20,000 nt of DNA from an uncultured virus (IMG/VR IMGVR_UViG_3300005965_000003) (Duplodnaviria > Heunggongvirae > Uroviricota > Caudoviricetes): IMG/VR virus record IMGVR_UViG_3300005965_000003; one strand, written 5' to 3'. The notes under the pieces were generated by a model. The model was not told the origin of the DNA. It saw only the letters and a program-made list of their open reading frames with translations, and made no database searches. Position 1 is the first letter of the stretch; every line of letters starts with the position of its first letter. Shown in pieces: positions 16,408 through 20,000 of this stretch. The position numbers and the translations under genes were made by a program.

Positions 16408-17493
16408 ATGAATCCATATCAAATATTAGGTATTAAAGAGGGTGCCTCCGAGCAAGAGATAAAAGCTGCTTTCCGAAAGCTAGCAGTAAAGTATCACCCT
16501 GACAAAAATCCGGGCAGTAAAGAAGCTGAAAGAAAGTTTATCGAAATTTCACAAGCATACGAGATGCTAAAAAACCCTCATAGAAGCGGCACATCATCTT
16601 TTACCGGTCATAAACAGCACCACACACATGAAACCTGGTATAACTTTTGGAATGATATACATAATAAAAAATCTGACCCCTATATGGATGGGTTCAGCAT
16701 AAACATGGATGATCTATTTGCTCAATTCGCCGGTGTGCATAAATCTCGAAGGAATCAGAGAAAAGATACTAAAGGCAGTGACATCCGAATAAATCTGCAT
16801 CTTTCCCTGGAGCAAGCTTACTTTGGCACTGATAAAAAGATAAAATATAAAAGACTAATCAAATGCTCTTCGTGTAAAAAAACTACCCAAACTTGCCCAT
16901 CCTGTAACGGCGAGGGATACGTCAGTAACTTACGAGTACTAGCTACAAGAAGGATTCCTTGCCCTGAGTGTAATGGTAAGGGGATTATAGAAAAAAGAGA
17001 TAACTGCAATCAGTGTAACGATACTGGGTTGATTACCGATGAACAAATTGTTACACTTAAGATTCCTGCCGGTATAAAAGATGAGGATTTAATCAAATAC
17101 GGTAGGGGCGGCAACTTTTCTTCCGATCCCGATAGTCAGATGTGTGGAGATCTGATAGCCGTTATCTATGTGGATCTGGATGAAAGAATAGTACGGGAAG
17201 ATTCAAACCTTATTCTTACGCAAAGTATTTCTATTTCTGATGCCGTCTTGGGAAATACAGTAACTATCAAATATTTTAAAGATATAATATTCAAACTCCA
17301 TATTCCTGCCGGTACTCAATCTGGGACAAAGTTTAGAATGAAAGGAAAAGGTATGCCTGTCCCTAACACGACATATCGGGGGGATCTGTATGTAGAGGTG
17401 AAAATTAATATTCCTCGGTGTATATCCCAAGACCAAAAACAAATTTTCGAAAGACTGAGGGAGTTAGAGAATGTACCGGTCGAGGAACAGTAA
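16408..17493 (+). CDS. dnaJ: DnaJ-family chaperone
   Basis: J domain with HPD, CxxCxGxG zinc repeats (first and last degenerate), C-terminal domain [17 protein letters not shown]...GDLYV. Confidence 0.93.
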   Translation: MNPYQILGIKEGASEQEIKAAFRKLAVKYHPDKNPGSKEAERKFIEISQAYEMLKNPHRSGTSSFTGHKQHHTHETWYNFWNDIHNKKSDPYMDGFSINMDDLFAQFAGVHKSRRNQRKDTKGSDIRINLHLSLEQAYFGTDKKIKYKRLIKCSSCKKTTQTCPSCNGEGYVSNLRVLATRRIPCPECNGKGIIEKRDNCNQCNDTGLITDEQIVTLKIPAGIKDEDLIKYGRGGNFSSDPDSQMCGDLIAVIYVDLDERIVREDSNLILTQSISISDAVLGNTVTIKYFKDIIFKLHIPAGTQSGTKFRMKGKGMPVPNTTYRGDLYVEVKINIPRCISQDQKQIFERLRELENVPVEEQ

Positions 17494-17620
17494 TAGATTA
17501 AAAACAGAAAAAACCGCTAAAACAGGTAAGACTTCTAAACCAGCAAAACCGGGCAAAACAGCTAAGCCAGCTAAAACAAATAAGCCAGTAAGATCGTCAA
17601 AGAAAAGGAAGCATAGATGA
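17471..17620 (+). CDS. Small basic histone-H1-like protein (49 aa, K-T/P-x repeats)
   Basis: [63 protein letters not shown] overlap with the next gene. Confidence 0.7.
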   Translation: MYRSRNSNRLKTEKTAKTGKTSKPAKPGKTAKPAKTNKPVRSSKKRKHR

Positions 17621-17964
17621 GTGGAAAGGTTTCTAAAAGAGTAGGTGGGTATGATCGCTCAAAAATAGCCAGGGCCGAGTTAAAAGATGTTTTTTCTGAT
17701 ACTAATCATGAATTATATTTTGCTAAAGATATTGAACTAGCAAAAAAATATGATGTTACCCGACATACTATTTATAAAATTCGTGATGAGCTCAAGGTGC
17801 CGTCTCGTTCGCAGCGTATTGTTGAAAAAATCAAAACAATGAATATAGAGCAATTTACCCTAAAAGCGTTAGCGGCTGAATTAGGAATAAAATATCAGAA
17901 TTTATATAAGTTAATAAAAGAAACTGACAGGTTTGGGGATAGGGAATCTAACGGAGATACCTAA
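17617..17964 (+). CDS. Tandem helix-turn-helix DNA-binding protein
   Basis: DIELAKKYDVTRHTIYKIR and TLKALAAELGIKYQNLYKLI. Confidence 0.7.
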   Translation: MSGKVSKRVGGYDRSKIARAELKDVFSDTNHELYFAKDIELAKKYDVTRHTIYKIRDELKVPSRSQRIVEKIKTMNIEQFTLKALAAELGIKYQNLYKLIKETDRFGDRESNGDT

Positions 17965-19029
17965 TTAGGCTATCCCCGGAAACCATAAAATTTGATTTCT
18001 TTTTACAATAGCTGGTGGAAATTCTAGTACTTGCCAATCCATTACAGATGCCTCTCCTGAATCCCACCCATCACATTCTACTTCGAGGTTAGTCGATGAG
18101 GTAATTTTCTTAGTAGCGGTACCGCTTGGGTAGGCCTCCCCCCCACCTCCTGCTTCGGATCTAAGCATGTGGTTCCCCATGCCGCCCGTCATTGCAACGG
18201 AATAATTCTGCAGAAGTGAGTTTAAGGTAATATTCTCAGCATTCGTACTTGAAAAGGTATGATTATTTCTTTGCACCGCAAAACCATCATCAGATAGTGT
18301 TACGACATACCAACGACAATTATAACTTCTACCATTATTGTAGTGTCTAAAGGTTAAAGTATCGGATGCTGTTAGATCTACCGATACCCCCCAGTCGTCT
18401 ATCTTCCGTACATTATTACCTGTATCATCCGTTGCTCCTGTAAAAACAAAAGTCTTTGAGGTATCGACACTTGTTATGGTCACAGTGTCTGTTACTAAAG
18501 TAAAGTTTTTTACATCTGTCTGTACAGAAGCATTATCTATTTGCACTACCTGGTAAACTGCTCTTTGACCAGAGATACTTGCTCCACGCTCTATATTAAG
18601 GTTAGTAGGTGACGTGAGAGCTGCATTTACCTTTTCCACGGATCTGGTAAAAGTGGCATCATTCCAGTAGCCGTCACAGAGCACAAAAGAATTAGCTAAA
18701 GTAACCGAAGATATAGTAATGTTTATATCACTTGAATCCGCTGTCGTTGTTCCATGCTGAACAACGACACCGCTGCTAAACTCCAGCAGTTGCCACTCAA
18801 CTGTTATGTCATGACTGGTATCATCCTTGTAGAAAGTAATGGTAGTACTATCTGTAAGAACCCCAACTAATCTAGTACCTTGAGCGCCAGTGACATCGTT
18901 TCTTCTGCAACTATAGAATAAGATAGACTTAAGGGGATCTACTGTAGATATAGTTACTGTGTCGGAGGCAACACTGCCTCCTACTACTATTTGGCCTTGT
19001 TGTATTCTAGATAATCTTGTAGCAGCCAT
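17965..19029 (-). CDS. Probable virion structural/adhesion protein with four ~85-aa beta-rich repeats
   Basis: Repeated VQ.G....TVTI..VD..KS...LT..T.L.F.R...WQV.EF unit, Thr/Ser/Val-rich. Confidence 0.6.
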   Translation of the reverse strand: MAATRLSRIQQGQIVVGGSVASDTVTISTVDPLKSILFYSCRRNDVTGAQGTRLVGVLTDSTTITFYKDDTSHDITVEWQLLEFSSGVVVQHGTTTADSSDINITISSVTLANSFVLCDGYWNDATFTRSVEKVNAALTSPTNLNIERGASISGQRAVYQVVQIDNASVQTDVKNFTLVTDTVTITSVDTSKTFVFTGATDDTGNNVRKIDDWGVSVDLTASDTLTFRHYNNGRSYNCRWYVVTLSDDGFAVQRNNHTFSSTNAENITLNSLLQNYSVAMTGGMGNHMLRSEAGGGGEAYPSGTATKKITSSTNLEVECDGWDSGEASVMDWQVLEFPPAIVKRNQILWFPGIA

Positions 19030-19035
19030 AATCTA

Positions 19036-19662
19036 TTAAATATCTAATAAAGCATTGATTTGATATTCATAACCCGGATAAATCTTCGCATTTTGACCAG
19101 CGAACTTATACTTATTTGGTATCTCCCAAACGCCGTAAGTGCTGGTTTTAAACGACTTTTCGGCGTAGCCGTTTACGAACTTTAGCCTGGAAAAAGCCCT
19201 TCTGCCCGTGGGCGGGTCAAAAGGTACAAGTAAGGTTTCATTAAAGTTGGTATCTACTTCGTTAACCTCTTCCGACTCATAAGATATATAAGCAGTGCAC
19301 TGTACTAAAGACACATCCGTATTATTGGCTATAATTTCTAGCTTCATGGTAGAGGTATCATCAGGATCAACACCCTTAAGAACTATGAGTCTTTTACTAT
19401 CCTCAGAGCTAAAGTCTAATCCTGTGATCTCACTGTTTAACCAATTAAGAGTGAACTCATCGTTATTTATCACACGATTAATATCTGTGGTATCTGTGCT
19501 TGTATATACATAGATATCAGTAGCATCTATACCCAGGACTTTTGCATTATTATTTTTTACGTCTTCTGCGGTTGGTACTTTCGTCTGTTCAGAATTGAAC
19601 TTTTCATATCTTAAATATGACTGATCAGAAATCTTTCCTAACACATACATCACTGCGGACAT
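19036..19662 (-). CDS. Hypothetical protein, probably virion-associated
   Basis: 208 aa, TAAGGAG RBS, co-oriented and adjacent to the repeat protein. Confidence 0.7.
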   Translation of the reverse strand: MSAVMYVLGKISDQSYLRYEKFNSEQTKVPTAEDVKNNNAKVLGIDATDIYVYTSTDTTDINRVINNDEFTLNWLNSEITGLDFSSEDSKRLIVLKGVDPDDTSTMKLEIIANNTDVSLVQCTAYISYESEEVNEVDTNFNETLLVPFDPPTGRRAFSRLKFVNGYAEKSFKTSTYGVWEIPNKYKFAGQNAKIYPGYEYQINALLDI

Positions 19663-19683
19663 ATGACACTCCTTAATTAATTT

Positions 19684-19839
19684 TTATTGTAATATATCAT
19701 CAATGTGACCGTTTTTCCAGAAGTATTCGATGAAGATATTACATACTCTACCATACTCGGTGAGTATGGTATGTAGTTCCTTCTTCTTATTAGATGTAGC
19801 ATATTTTAAGCTACATTTACTACTTCTTATTATCTTCAC
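19684..19839 (-). mobile_element. tnpB: Truncated TnpB N-terminus (IS200/IS605/IS607-type relic)
   Basis: GTG start. KIIRSSKCSLKYATSNKKKELHTILTEYGRVCNIFIEYFW resembles phage TnpB N-termini and stops after about 50 aa. Confidence 0.6.
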
Positions 19840-19853
19840 TCTTCTTTTTCCTT

Positions 19854-19967
19854 CTATTTTCTGCACTTTGTAGTGTCTACGGAACTAATTGTTACAGTAT
19901 CTGAAGAATCGGCGGACGATACTATCTTTTGTCCTATTTGTACCGAGCTTACTGCTGTATCAGCCAT
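19854..19967 (-). pseudogene. Truncated paralog of the 17965-19029 repeat protein
   Basis: MADTAVSSVQIGQKIVSSADSSDTVTISSVDTTK-CRK* aligns without gaps to MAATRLSRIQQGQIVVGGSVASDTVTISTVDPLK. Confidence 0.7.
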
Positions 19968-20000
19968 ATCTTAACTCTTATTGTAATCTAGGATTAAGGC

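Noticed and set aside
17500..17590. 9-nt periodic sequence as a CRISPR array or DNA-level tandem repeat
   Set aside because: There are no spacers, and third positions vary while Lys is conserved, so it is a coding repeat.
1..20000. Stop-codon reassignment, as seen in some large phages
   Set aside because: TAG, TGA and TAA all end genes with the next gene starting immediately, and coding density is already high in code 11.

Overview
Densely packed, AT-rich (roughly 40% GC by eye, not computed) segment that reads as a large or jumbo bacteriophage genome in standard code 11. Bases 1-17964 are an almost continuous + strand run of accessory and host-takeover genes, converging on - strand virion-type genes (17965-20000). 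Recognisable genes: a methyltransferase tail, two HNH nucleases, an NAD+/ADP-ribose toolkit (macrodomain, nucleoside-deoxyribosyltransferase-like, Nudix, nicotinamidase-like, SLOG/DprA-like), an HPr-like phosphocarrier, a split TerY-P-type triad (vWA ... PP2C, Ser/Thr kinase), DnaJ and an HTH protein. The best candidate for an undescribed system lies inside the split triad at 8758-11310: a five-gene module of three families, each present twice (A, tandem-domain B-B, A', C, C'), where the C proteins share a conserved Cys-containing C-terminal domain. Features missing from the ORF track: two GC-rich multi-stem intergenic RNA candidates (1724-1841, 6470-6643), two TnpB relics (one truncating a paralog of a virion gene), a 49-aa histone-H1-like ORF, a frameshifted gene at 15229-15517 and a recurrent AAAAGTATATT promoter-like motif. 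All family calls come from motif recognition by eye, with no database search.
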